This document shows positions 39,517 to 51,620 of a DNA stretch of 64,000 bases, piece by piece. The notes beneath the pieces were generated by a model that was given only the letters and a program-made list of their open reading frames with translations, had not been told where the DNA came from and did no database searches. The translations under genes and the position numbers were made by a program. The DNA is from Vicugna vicugna (lineage: Eukaryota): contig MU057947.1 in the NCBI GenBank assembly GCA_013265495.1, positions 878,048-942,047 on the forward strand. The letters run 5' to 3'. Position 1 is the stretch's first letter. Each line of letters opens with the position of its first letter.

Positions 39517-39627
39517 GAAGTGTGCATTCCCCAAGGAGTTATACTACCATTTGATTTAATTTTTAATTTTTACATTTTAATCAAAAATAGATCAAATGGT
39601 GGTGGTCCCTCTAGGGAAACATACTTC
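39517..39627. repeat. 111-bp imperfect palindrome (MITE-like)
   Basis: Arms gaagtgtgcattcccc...actaccatttgatttaatttttaatt and aatcaaaaatagatcaaatggtggt...gggaaacatacttc around a 10-nt loop (39569-39578). Confidence 0.85.
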
Positions 39628-40134
39628 AGATAGGAAGCCAGCCACGCGCCTTTTAAATATGTAAAGCTGCCATCCCCGCAGAAGTCACCGATGGCGCCCG
39701 CTGCCGGCCGCCCCACCGCGGGCTGGGCGCGTTTCTGGAGGAGCGAGGCCGCTGCAGCCTCACCTGCTCCCGCCCACCCTGAGCTCTACACAAAAGACGA
39801 GAGGCTCATTTAATTGGTGCAGCTTCGCACCGCGTGGGGCCTCAGATCTCCCTGCGAGAGGCCAGGTAGGTCTCCCACAGGAAGCCCCCTTACCTTCCCA
39901 AGGTGGGGCGGCGGGCAGCGTGACTCACATCCCAGGTGTGTGCGTGTACACCTGAACCCTTTGCTCTGTGTTCTAAACAACAGGTAGCACAACTTTTCAT
40001 TCTTATCCGGGTGCTTGGGTGGAAGCAGTGTGTCTTCCACCCACGAGGGTCACCTGGCCTGTCACGTCACCACCCTGAGGTTGGCCCAGCCTCCTGCTGC
40101 TGTCCAGGGGGCCTCCAAGAGCAGCCACCCAACC

Positions 40135-40330
40135 CCCTGTGTGACCTCAGGTGATGCACGTGTACGTTCTGCGGCTTCTCCGGACTCGATGTTCTCACCT
40201 GTAAGGTGGGGGCGACGCTGGGGTGTGCCCGTGGCATCATGTGGGGATCAGAAGTCCATCCAGGGACATGCCGGCGGAGTCCTAGCTGCACATAAAACAT
40301 GCGCACTGACGTTATACCGTTGACGTCTCA
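40135..40330 (+). mobile_element. MIR remnant
   Basis: 'tgtgtgacctcaggtga...gttctcacctgtaaggtgggg'. Confidence 0.5.
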
Positions 40331-41738
40331 CTATTGCATGGGTGATAAAGGTGATCTGCTGGTTCTCTCTCATCCTGAGTGTCACTCAGGATGCTGGAGG
40401 GTCTGTTCAAGGTGTGAGAGGGCTGGGTGCTTGGTGGGGAAACAGCCCGGATAACAGTGGAGACCCGGGGCCTCCAGAAGTCCTGCCCTTCCCAAGGGCT
40501 CCCTTAACACCCCAACAGTGCCCACAGCTCTGCAGCCTGCAGCGGCTTTCTCAAGTACTGGATCTCCCTTCCATAAGTAACCCAAGATACCTGCATTCCA
40601 GACTCCAGGCTCCCCCACTGCAAAGCCAGCAGATCCCCATGAAGCTGGGAGGAGGGCAGAGATAGGGGCAGGACAGGGGGAGCGGGGACAGGGGACAGAG
40701 CACCATTCGCTTTCTCTAACTCCTGTCCCTGCGCCAGCTGAGATCAGTGACACCCTGGCCACATCCACCTGGTCCTGGAGACCCGTTTCTCGTACTCATA
40801 TATTTAACACATCCCTCTGGTGCTCCAAGTCGGGGAGGTGCCCATCAACGTCACTGACATAAAGATCCACTGCAAGTATTTCTTCTGAATTAGCTCCAGG
40901 GAACTAACGCAGTTTCTCCTAAAGAACAGGCACACCTTCTGTCTACAAGTCATCGGGGTGCCGGCCAGCTGTCTCTGCACCACAGAAGCCCGGAGAAACA
41001 GTTCATGCTCACATCTGGTGGCCCGGTTCCTGGTCCAGTTGTCCTCTGCTTTAGTCTGTAATTTGTTTTCTGCCCCCATCTCTGTGGCTTATCACAGACG
41101 TGCTTGATGCTGGGCCATCCAGCTCCCTCTAGAAGCTGTAGGACAACGGAGCAGGTAAAGGCGAGTCTGGCTGTGTCCCCTTCTTGGCCCCACCTGCCAA
41201 GGCTGAGGGTGGAGTCTGACTGTGGGCGCCAGGCAGGGGCAGGCACCCCCTCCCTGGGACCAGCACCCCTTGCACCCGCTACCTCGTCACTGCCTTGGCC
41301 CATGGCTGGGCTGGACATGGCTCAGTCCCCAGTGCCCAGTGCTGGGGCCACCATGGCCTCTTTTGTTTGCTCTGGCTGGGACTCTGGGACAGTGGTGCGG
41401 GCCCCCAACTCAGGATGCAGGGTAAGTGGATTTGGCTGCTGTTCCAGATCTGGGGGTGGTGGGGAGGGTGCTCAAGGGAGGTGAGGTCTGCAGGGACTTC
41501 AGTCAACTTCAGGCTCCAAGGGCCACTCCCTAACCCGCAGTTACACAGGTCCCAGAAGCTCACCACATTTTCTCATAGACCACACACAGGCCACACATTG
41601 CAGAGCAAGCTGTGAGTGCAAGGGAGAGCTGGGGAGACATGTTCTTAATAGACTTCATTCTGAAGGCGGAGGCTTGGGACGTGCAGTGAGGCCACAGGTG
41701 GCCCCTGGAGCACACTGTCCCAGGTGTGTCCCACTGTC

Positions 41739-42872
41739 CCTAGGACAGCCTCCTGAGGCAATAGAAATAGAAGCAAAAACAAACAAATGGGATCTAATTA
41801 CACTTATAAGCTTCTGTACAGCAAAGGAAACCATAAATAAAATGAAAACCTCAGAATGAGAGAAATAACGCAAATAACGCAACTGACAGGGCTTAATTTC
41901 CAGAAACAGCTCATACAACTCAATGACAAAAAACAATCTAAAAATGGGCAGAAGATCAAGCAAACATGACTCCAGTGAAGACATACAAATGGCCAACAGG
42001 CACATGAAAAAATGCTCAGTATCGCTAGTTAGCAGAAAAATGTAAATCAAAACTACAGTGAAGTACCACTCACACCAGTCAGAATGGCCATCATTCAGAA
42101 GTCCACAAATGACAAATGCTGGAGAGGCTGTGGAGAAAAGGGAGCCCTCCTACACTGCTGGTGGGAAGGCAGTTTGGTGCAGCCACTGTGGATAACAGTA
42201 TGGAGATTCCTCAAAAAACTAAAAATAGACCTACTACATGGTCCAGCAATCCCGATCCTAGGCATATATCCAGAGGGAACTCAAATTTCGAAAAGATACA
42301 TAGCAACACTATTTACAATAGCAGCACTATATACAATAGCCAAGACATGGAAGCAACTTAAATGTCCATTGACAGATGACTGCATGAAGAAGCTATGGTG
42401 TATATATACACATGGAATGGAATACTACTCAGCCATTAAAAATAATAAAATAATGCCATTTGCTGCAACATGGATGGGACTGGAGATTATCATGCTAAGT
42501 GAAGTAAGCCAGAAAGAGAAAGAAAAATTACCATATCACTTATATGTGGAATCTAAAAAAAACAGGACACAAATGAACTTATTTACAAAACAGAGACAGA
42601 CACACAGACACAGAAAACAAACTTTCAGTTACTGGGGTGGGGGAAAAGGGGGTGGGTGGAGGGATAAATTAGAAGCCTGGGATTAGCAGATACAAACTAC
42701 TATATAAAAATTGATAAACAACATATAGCATAGAGAATTATATTCAATACCTTGTAATGGCCTATAATGAAAAAGACTATGAGAAGGAATACATATTTAC
42801 ATATGTATACATGAATCAGTATGCTGTACACCAGAAATTAACACAACATTGTAAATCAACTATCCTTCAATT
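41739..42872 (+). mobile_element. 5'-truncated lineage-specific L1
   Basis: ORF 42084-42686 is the ORF2 C-terminus ([36 protein letters not shown]); 3'UTR ends 'tcaactatccttcaatt'. Confidence 0.95.
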
Positions 42873-43217
42873 TAGAGAAATCAGTTCGATTGTTGAGTAT
42901 TCGCTGAACCCGCCTGAGTGCCAGGGAACTCGGCCAGCTCTGGGGCACCGCAGAGCGAAGCACCGTCTTCGCCTCCACTCGAGCCCATTAAACCTCGAGC
43001 AGTGGTGCCTTTCAGTTTCTCTCTTCCTCATCTCCAAAACGATGCCCCCACCTGCCCGGGGGCCACGGAGGTAACTGAGCTACCAGTGCCCGAAAGGAAG
43101 CCCCGCCCTCAAGCCAGCCTCCCCCCAGGGCTCTGGGAGGGGACCTGGGAAGACGGCGACGGAGGGGCACCCGTGGCTGACAGCCGAGCTAATGTGACTG
43201 GATGGGGGACAACAGCA

Positions 43218-43463
43218 CAGTGACCTGCCGTCTCTAAACTTCACTTAAGCCACCAAATAAAGGCAAGATGGAAGAGCAAATACAGTAATCATAGTAAAAC
43301 TTTAAAAAGATACTTGAAAATCTACGTGACATTTTCGACCTCAAATAAGACAGGACGTGTGAATTCATTTCACATCAGCAAAGAAACATGAGTCCATACT
43401 CAGATTCAGTTTAAAATTTTATTCTAAGAGACTGTCGTGTTAAATGGAACATGTAGCAACCCA
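43218..43463. mobile_element. hAT-Blackjack-like MITE
   Basis: AT-rich body with termini 'cagtgacc' / 'ggaacatgtagcaaccc', resembling agggtgacc-type terminal inverted repeats. Confidence 0.5.
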
Positions 43464-45256
43464 AAGAGTGCCTGGACACAGGCAGACGCTCGGGAGCCCC
43501 CGGCCCGGGACAGAGCCCGCTCTGGGGCTGAGCCGCGGCTGCAGCGTGGCCCTGGCCAGTCTCCTGACTTCCCGGTCCTGGAAGCAGATGGCCGTACCTG
43601 CCCCAGGGGACCAACAGGGCTCCCCGAGCTGCTGTGTGCGACGCGCTCAGGACGTGCATGGACGGAGCAGGGTCAGCTGTGACCACAGACCTTAGGGTGC
43701 ACTTCTGAGCCGACCTGCTCTTTATTCAAAGTTAACTTTATAAAGTTTTAATACACTACAGGGAAAATACAACGTGTACATTCTCACCAGAATTAACTGC
43801 GAACCCTTGGTCCCATGTGGCTCTGATCTTTTCATTGGTAAAGCAGGACGGTGGCCCCTGAAATTGCTTTCATCACTGGTGCCTTGTCCCCCTCTGTCCA
43901 CCCCCACCTTGCCTGGCCACCAACCTCCCTTCCAACACTACAGGACTTGCTCAGGCCCTGTGGATGGGAGCCGGAGCAGGGGCTCCCGTGTCGGTGAGAG
44001 AGTGGATGGGACCCACAGGAGGAAACTGGGGGTGGGGTGGGGTGGGGGCAGGACAGGATGGGGAGAGCCCAGCCTGATCCCATGGGGAGCACAGAGGACC
44101 TGGATGTGAAGCGGGGGCTCTGTGGACCCCACACCCGTCAGTCATCAGCTCTGGGCTGCCCACCAGCCACGCAGCCCCCCGACATCCAGGGCCCCCTCGG
44201 GGCAGTTAGTGGAGGGAGAAACTGGTCCAGAAGAAGCTGCCAGGACGGGAGGCATGGATCCTGCCTCTCAGGCCTGGCCTGGCCACGGTGACCAGACCTG
44301 AGAGAACACGAGCCTTTGGAGCCCTCTGACCTCGCCGTCACCGTCTCACTCAGCCAGTCTACTCAGGCACCAGTGTCTGTTCCGATATGGGGCGAGTTCT
44401 GGTGAGAATATGGGCTTAATGTGAGAACTTAGACCGGATGCCTGCGGCTCAGAGGAGGGGCCAGCTCATCTCCATCACTATTCTGTGAGCCCAACAGCCT
44501 CGGGGACAAATAAATATTAAGTTAAATATTGGTGCATTTGAAAATTATTGCACTAACTTTGAGGAGAAAAATACATGTTCTAAGAAAGTTTTCCAAGCCT
44601 GTCTGCTAACGCCGGTCCAGCGGTGGTGGAGATCATTTGTATGGTGAACATTTGCCACCAAATCTGAATGCCACACTGAGGACAAGCTGGACCTTCTTAT
44701 ACATTTATGTGAATTGTGTCAATGTGCCTTGTTTTCTGTTGTGTTAAGAGCCAGTCTGTCTGAGAGTGATGCAAAGCGTGGGAGCTGTAAGTAAAGTTCA
44801 GCTGCCGAGGGGCTCCGTGACCTGCTGGGCGGGTTTCTGCCATTCAGAGGCTTTTGGGGACAGAGTCGGATCTTCCAGTTAGAGTCTCTGTGTCCGTGGT
44901 GGTGTCTTCCAGACCAGGGCCCAGAGCACACGGGACCACACAGGAAGATGTCCCCTCGTGTCAGGGAGCAGTGGAGGGGCAGCTGGCCGGCTGCGGGAGC
45001 TCTGCAGTCTGGGCGGGGACAGCAGCCAACGCGGGCTCCTCCAGAGCCTGAACTTGTGGACCATGGGTCTCGAGCACATCTATCAATTACCCTGGATGCC
45101 AGGGAAACCACCACGTAAGTGGAACCATCTGGAGGGACAAAGAGGCTTTGTGAAATCTCCTCCTGCTCCATTAGAGGAGAAACTGCTGAGCACCAGGAGA
45201 GGGAGGGAAGGTCCTTCAGCAGCAACCAGGGAACCAAGGGCAAAGACAAGAGCCAG

Positions 45257-45774
45257 CGTGACAGGCAAGAACAAACCTGACTCCATCTGAGATCCGCGCC
45301 TTTAACGCTAACCCTGTGCTGCTTCCTGTGCTTAGTCTTGCTGGTTCTGCACCTTTTGTAAAAGAATGTTGCCGATAGCCTGAAATATACAGGAGAGCCG
45401 TTCCCAAGGCTCTGACCTTTCAGGGTAAAACACTTTCCCATTCATATAAAGATAAGAAGTTGCAGACTAGAAAATAACATTTGTCTTGTTGGAGTTTTGC
45501 AGGGACACCATGATCTGACCCAGGTGGACAGCTGCAAGAACAAATGATTCCAACACCAAGAAGTTGGCAGTAACCAGCCACACCCCCGTTCCCTTTCTAC
45601 TATGAAAGGAGCCTGAATTCTGACTTGGAGAAGATGGTTCTCCAGGATTTTAGTATGCCATCTTCTCGGTGTGCTGGCTTTCCAAATAAAGTCACTTTTC
45701 CTTGCCCCAACACCTCATCTCCTGATTTACTGGCCTGTTGAGCAGGGAGCAGACCAAGTCTGGACTTGATGACA
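45257..45774 (+). mobile_element. ERV1-type solo LTR, about 518 bp
   Basis: Starts (c/t)gtgacaggcaagaacaaacctgactccat, ends gacttgatgaCA. TATA-like 'ctatgaaagg' near 45600, AATAAA at 45685-45690. Flanks ccag / cctg (4-bp TSD, 1 mismatch). Confidence 0.85.
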
Positions 45775-45822
45775 CCTGTGCAACCCTTCCTCCCAAGCGC
45801 CACTGCAGGCAATGGATGTTTC

Positions 45823-47410
45823 TAGTTTTATTGTGTTAAGAACACTTAATATGATCTCTAGCCTCTCTGGGATTTCTAAGTGTGCAATGCACACAGTGTT
45901 GTTGACACATGTGCTCAGCTGTGCAGCAGAGGCCCAGAGCGCAGCCACCCAGCACACCTGAAACTCTACGCACCGACCCACAACTCCCCATGTGCCCCTC
46001 CGCCCAGCCCTGGCAACCACCGTTCTGTTCTTTGCTTCTGAGTTTGACTATTTTAGATTCCTCATCTAAGTGGAATCATGCAACATTTATTCTTCTGTGA
46101 CTGGCTTATCTCACGTGGCATAATGTCCTCCAGGTTCATCCATGTTGTCATATAATGCAGGGCTTTCTTCTTTTTAAAGGCTGAATACTATTCCATCGTG
46201 TACACAGACCACATTTTCTTTATCCATTTCCCAGCTGATGGACATTTAGGCAGTCTCCACATCTTGGCTCCTGTGACTAGTGCTGCAGTGAACATGGGAG
46301 CGCTCACATCCCTTCACGATCCTGATTTCAGTTCCTTTGACTGTATGCCCAGAAGGCGGATTGCTGGATCCTCTGGTAGTTCCATTTCTAATTCTTTGAG
46401 GAACCTTCAGACTGTTTTCCACAGCAGCTGCATCATTCTGCATGCTTACCAATAGTGTCCAAGGTTTCGTTTCTCCACACCTTCACCAACACCTGCCATC
46501 TCTTGTTTTTTTGGCTTAGCCATCCTGACAGGAGTGCGGTGCTATCTCAGTGTGGGTTTGATTTGTTTCTCCATAACAATAAGTGATGTTGAGCATCTCT
46601 TCATATTCCTGTTGAAGGCATCACACTTCCTGGTTTCAAAATATATTACAAAGCTATGAAATCAAAAAAGTAGGTACTAGTATAATGACAGGCATCTAGA
46701 CCAATGGAACCAATGAAGAGCTCAGAAATAAATCCATGCGTATGTGGTCAAGTGACCTTTGACAAAGGAGCCAAGAATACACAATGGGGGAAGGATAGTC
46801 TCTTCAAATGGTGCTGGGGAAGCTGGATATCCACACGCAAAATAATAAATTGGACCCTTAACTTATATCATACACAGAAATCAACTCAAAATGGATTAAA
46901 GCTCTGATACTGTAAAAGTTCTAGAAGAAAATATAGAGGAAAGGCTCCAGGGCGTTGATCTTGGCAATGACATGATGGGCGTGTGACATGACACCTAAAG
47001 CAAAGGCAACAAAAGCAAAAGCAGACAAGGTGGACCACATCAGACTAAGACGCAAAGGAAACAGTCAGCAAAGGCAGGGGAGGGTGTAACTCAGTGGTAG
47101 AGCACGCACTCAGCATGCATGAGGTCCTGGGTTCAGTCCCCAGTGCCTCCATTTAAAAAAAGATAAATAAACCTAATTACCTCTCCCTCCAAAAGCAAAC
47201 AAACAAAAAATAAAGTGATTTTAAAAAAAAGTTAAACGGCAACTTATGGAATTGGAGAAAATATTTGGAAACCATTGCTCTGATAAGAGGTTAATTTCTA
47301 AAATATGTGAGAAACTCCCATAACTCAACAGCAAAAAAACAATGCCCCAGTTTTTAAAGGGGCGAGTGACTTGCATTGACATGTCTTCAAAGAAGACACA
47401 CAAATGGCCA
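45823..47410 (-). mobile_element. L1 with 5' inversion (antisense 45823-46614, sense 46615-47410)
   Basis: The two segments are contiguous in L1 consensus (...cacaaatggcCA / CAacaggaatatgaagagatgc). Degenerate TSD atggatgtttc / atggatcattttc. Confidence 0.9.
47077..47230 (+). mobile_element. vic-1-like tRNA-derived SINE nested in L1
   Basis: ggggagggtgtaactcagtggtagagc...gggttcagtccccagtgcctcc...aaataaacctaattacc followed by an A-rich tail. Confidence 0.9.
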
Positions 47411-47529
47411 TGGATCATTTTCGATGATCAATAACTTTTAGGGACTGGAAAAAGCATTTATGACCCCCGAGATTACATTTCTTTTGCTAATTCAAATTAA
47501 TTATTAAGAGGCTTGTCAAGAATGTTTGA

Positions 47530-47795
47530 CAATCTATGGTTACTGGGGGGAAGGGGGTGCAAAGGGATAAATTTGGGAGTTCAAGATTTGCAGATACTAA
47601 CTACTATACATAAAAATAGATTTAAAAAAAGCAAATTTTTTTCTGTATAAACACAAGGAACTATATTCAGTATCTTGTAATAACCTTTTAAAGAAAATGA
47701 ACATGAAAATGTATGTATATATATATGCATGACTGGGACATGGTGCTGTACACCAGAAACTGACACTGTAACTGATTACACTTCAGTTAAAAAAA
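47530..47795 (+). mobile_element. Short L1 3' end
   Basis: Perfect 12-bp TSD aagaatgtttga (47518-47529 / 47796-47807) and a poly(A) tail. Confidence 0.95.
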
Positions 47796-49379
47796 AAGAA
47801 TGTTTGAAAACATTAAGAGATTTAGATCATCATTGAACTGGCTTTCCCAAAACATGAAAACATGAGTAAGGTGGTGTCACCAGAAGAGTGACCAGAAAGA
47901 TCACTTCAGCTGTTATATATGTTTGTGGTTGACAGTTACTTCTTTTCTTACAATTTGATTCTTAATAAAGATCATAACTAAATGTGATCTAAGTTCGTAT
48001 TTCTGTAATTATTTTCACCTAAGTAAATTTGGATGTCAGTAAAGAGATCTTGTCCTGAATTGTGCCTAAAAAGTCCCTGTGTTTTTAGTCAAAGCTCATT
48101 TAGTCCTTACTGACCTGAGCTGGCCCCTGGGAGTGCCTGGGCTCTTGTTCCAGAAGGAAGGGCTGCCCCCAGGCCTCCACAGCTCGAGACCCCGACCACA
48201 AGACAGGACAGGAAGTGGGCGTGCTGTCCCCAGCAGGATGAGGAGAGCACCCGGAAGCACACACAGGGTCACAGGTGGCAGGCACCACAATAAGCAAGTA
48301 GAACAGGCACACTGGGCACCCACCCAAGGAGGCCAAGGACGGCGACAATGAGTCTACAAGGAGACGGGGGCCCCAGATACAGCGGAGGAGAACAACGGTC
48401 AGACGGGAGCCCCAGCTGAGTCTGGGAGAGCCAGGAGACACAGCCCCATACGCTGCAGTCTGTCCCCACCGGTCACTGAGGGAACCAGGGACGGTCCCCG
48501 GGCATGAGATGCACGTGGCCTCTCTTTCCCCGACTACCCGGCCTTCCGGCCGCTCGGAGCCGCAGCGCAGGTCAAACCTCCTTGCCATCTGGGAGCCATT
48601 CCACACTGCTCACCCTCAGCCAGACTGGGAGCTAAGGAGCTAAGGAAACTGGACTGGGGACAGATGCTGATGCCCCCTGCTGGATGGTCACCTGGAGGGC
48701 ATTCCTGCTGAGTTCTTGGGACAGATGGTTATTTACACTCCATGTAACCTGTGGGGTAGGCGGTCCAACATGAAGGACGTCAGGTGCTGGCGAGGGCTCG
48801 TAGCAGAACTTGACCGGAGAGCTCGGCCCTGACCCCATGTCCACCAGGCACTGGGTGCCGAGTCTGGGACTTCCTGGACTGGCAAGTAAAAGGCTCAGTT
48901 GTTCCAGAAAAACAGAGTGCCTTCCACCCTGGAACCAGAAGGGCCTGAACCTCCACTAAGGTCCCATGTCACGGGGACGCCCCAGTTCTCACTGTGGTCA
49001 AAGGCATCTCCCAGGAGCTGATTCAAAGCACACAGTCCCGGCACCCCTGCCGCCAACCTAGGGAGTCCGCCTGTTGACCAGACCCTCCCGCCCGGGATCC
49101 AGGAGCCTGGGTCTGGAGGGCAGGTGCTGGGTCTAAGCGTCCTGGGCTGGCTGTGGGTTAGTGACGTGGCCTTGCTGAACCTCCATTCTCAGTACAGGCA
49201 GGATAATTCTCCTCTCAAAGGGATTTTTGAGGATTAAAAATGGTAATTAAGTATAGCGTCTGATCCAGTGTTGCTTACTCACTGAAGACGAGCTTCCTTC
49301 CCTTCACATTTGGGGGAAAATGTCCTACTGAGTTTTAAACAGCAAATTTTCAGGAAATGATCCAGTATAACATTTATAA

Positions 49380-49581
49380 TCAGAAAAGGTCACGGAAAAA
49401 AGACTGCCTAGGGCTGAGCTTAAAGTGTAAGACATATAACTAACAAAACAAGACAAACATCAGAAAAAAAGAGGAAACTTTTAGATACACACATTAAAAG
49501 TGTAAAATGTACACGTACCATGTCTCTAGGTGATAGATCTCAATATAGTGAAGGTACTGTTTATCCTGCAGTTATACACAT

Positions 49582-49615
<34 letters not shown>

Positions 49616-51620
49616 GAGTGTTCAGCCACCAGATGAGAAAGATAGATCACAGAACAGAAGAGAAAGTAAAGAAGCAATTCTGTATATGGTAGAAGGGGAA
49701 TTTACAATCAGTGCAGAAAGATGTGGTTAGAATAACTGGTTAATATTTGGGGAAAAACAGAATTAGACATTCTGTCCTTTGTGCCCCCAAACTTTGTAGC
49801 TAGAGTAAAGTTTTACATGTTAAAAATTAGATCAGAATTATGCAAAAATGTAGACGCATAATTTACATGTCAGTTCATGTCATGTACACGGTCTTGGGGA
49901 AAGGAAGACCTTTTCAATGACTCCAAGACTAGAAACAAACTGAAAAAAGGCCAACAGGTGTGACAGCTAAGAACTTCTAGCCAAGGAGATCACAGACATC
50001 ACTGAAAAGAAAGTGAAAAATATTAAGTGGGGAAAAATATTTGTAACAAGCAAGAGAAAAACAGCCTTAACAACCTTAATGTTTAAACTCTCAAAAATAA
50101 ATAACAAAGACACGCACCCCAATGGGAAAATGGGCAAAGATGGGACATTCACCAAGGACACACAGATGGCAGATACACACCTCCGAAATGCAACACACGA
50201 CCTGCATGTTAAAACCACAAAGTTGATGCAAAGGTCAGACCAGCAGGGATCAAACAAGAACTTTTGCTAAATAAACCAAAATTGAATCCGATCAAGCTTC
50301 TGGATCAACTACCAATGTATAGGAGGCACAGAGTAAGGAGGAGCAGGTAAAACATGACAGAGATGCAACGAGCAACATCTCGACACAAACTCCTCGAACA
50401 AGCTGATTTCCTGAAAACACTGCACACGGGGGAAGAGGAGGAAGGGAGACCCGCGGTCAGGAGAGACTCAGGACCCAGCAACCCGTCAGGTACAGGGACC
50501 TTGTCTGGATCCCGACTCAAACAAGTCGTAAGAAACAAAACAAAACAAAAACAATCGTCTATGAAACTAAGAAGCAAGTAGGAATCTGGCCAAAGACTGG
50601 AGACTTCATAATATGAGGAATAATTGTAAACCTCGAGGACTGACAGTCGTATTGTGGGCATGCTTTTTACATGTCTCTTTGGGAGGACAGACTGAAATAA
50701 TCAGAGATGAACAAAGATTATGTCTGGGACCCGCTTCCAGTGCACAGGGAGGGGAGGCGAGGTGGGCGGTGAGTGAGACCGCTGTTGGAGCTGGTCAGAG
50801 GTCAATGGTCAGAGGGCAAGGAGTTCCTTGTCCTGTTCATTCTGCCTAGTTTGTGTGTGTTCAAAACGTTTCAAGTTAAAAAAAAAAAGTGGGTTCTAGT
50901 CAGTGCTGGTGAAATGGAAGGGACAAAAGCTCCTGGGACCACCTTTCCAGACGGCAGAGAACCAGGATGCACCCTCTGACCCAGCAATGCAACTTCTAGA
51001 ATCTTCTCTCATGAATACAACTGGAAAACTTCATAAAAATGTGTGTAAGAATATTTATCCAGCAATTTTTGTAATAGCCAGTAGATGAATGAACAAATGA
51101 ATCAATCAGTCAGTCAATGAAAATAACTTAGATGCACTTTAGGAGGAGAGTGGGCTACCACACCATGTGTTTCCATTTGATGGAATAAATACTCTGCAGC
51201 CCTTTAAAATAACAACCTAACACACGTTACTGGCAGGAGACGATGTGCGTGACGTTAAAAGTATTGAAAGTATACATAGGCTTATACGGAGGAGGGTGTA
51301 GCTCAGGGGTAGGGCACATGCTTTGCATACACAAGGTCCTGGGTTCAATCACCAGCACCTCCATTAAAAATAAATGAAACCTAATTACCCCCAAAATAAA
51401 TAAATGAAGTAAAATAAATTGTACTATAAATAAAATAAGTATTCTAAAAGTTTTTTTAAGTACAGGCTTATGGATGTGTGTGCTCAGAAGGAAGTTTTAT
51501 AAGGATACATGTTGAAACGTTGGCATAAATGATCTGAGCCATGGGATTATGGATGACTTTCACATTTATATTTCATTTTCACTTATCTACAATTAAAACT
51601 TTTTTCTCTAATTAGTATGT
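49380..51620 (+). mobile_element. Cluster of ancient L1ME/L1MC fragments, with (CA)n at about 49583-49615
   Basis: A-rich; 'aagtggggaaaaatatttgtaaca', 'gggaccttgtctggatcccgactcaaac', 'tgacccagcaatgcaacttctagaa'. Confidence 0.7.
51288..51458 (+). mobile_element. vic-1-like SINE
   Basis: ggagggtgtagctcaggggtag...gggttcaatcaccagcacctcc...aaacctaattacc; partial TSD aggcttat. Confidence 0.9.

Noticed and set aside
42084..42686. 200-aa ORF as a gene
   Set aside because: L1 ORF2 C-terminal remnant with a mutated CCHC motif, reading through into the 3'UTR.
44719..45441. 240-aa ORF
   Set aside because: Starts inside an LTR in antisense; no recognisable protein features.
47077..47150. tRNA gene (also at 28961, 51288, 57070 and 58905)
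   Set aside because: tRNA-like heads are followed by a shared non-tRNA tail, A-rich end and TSDs, so these are SINEs.
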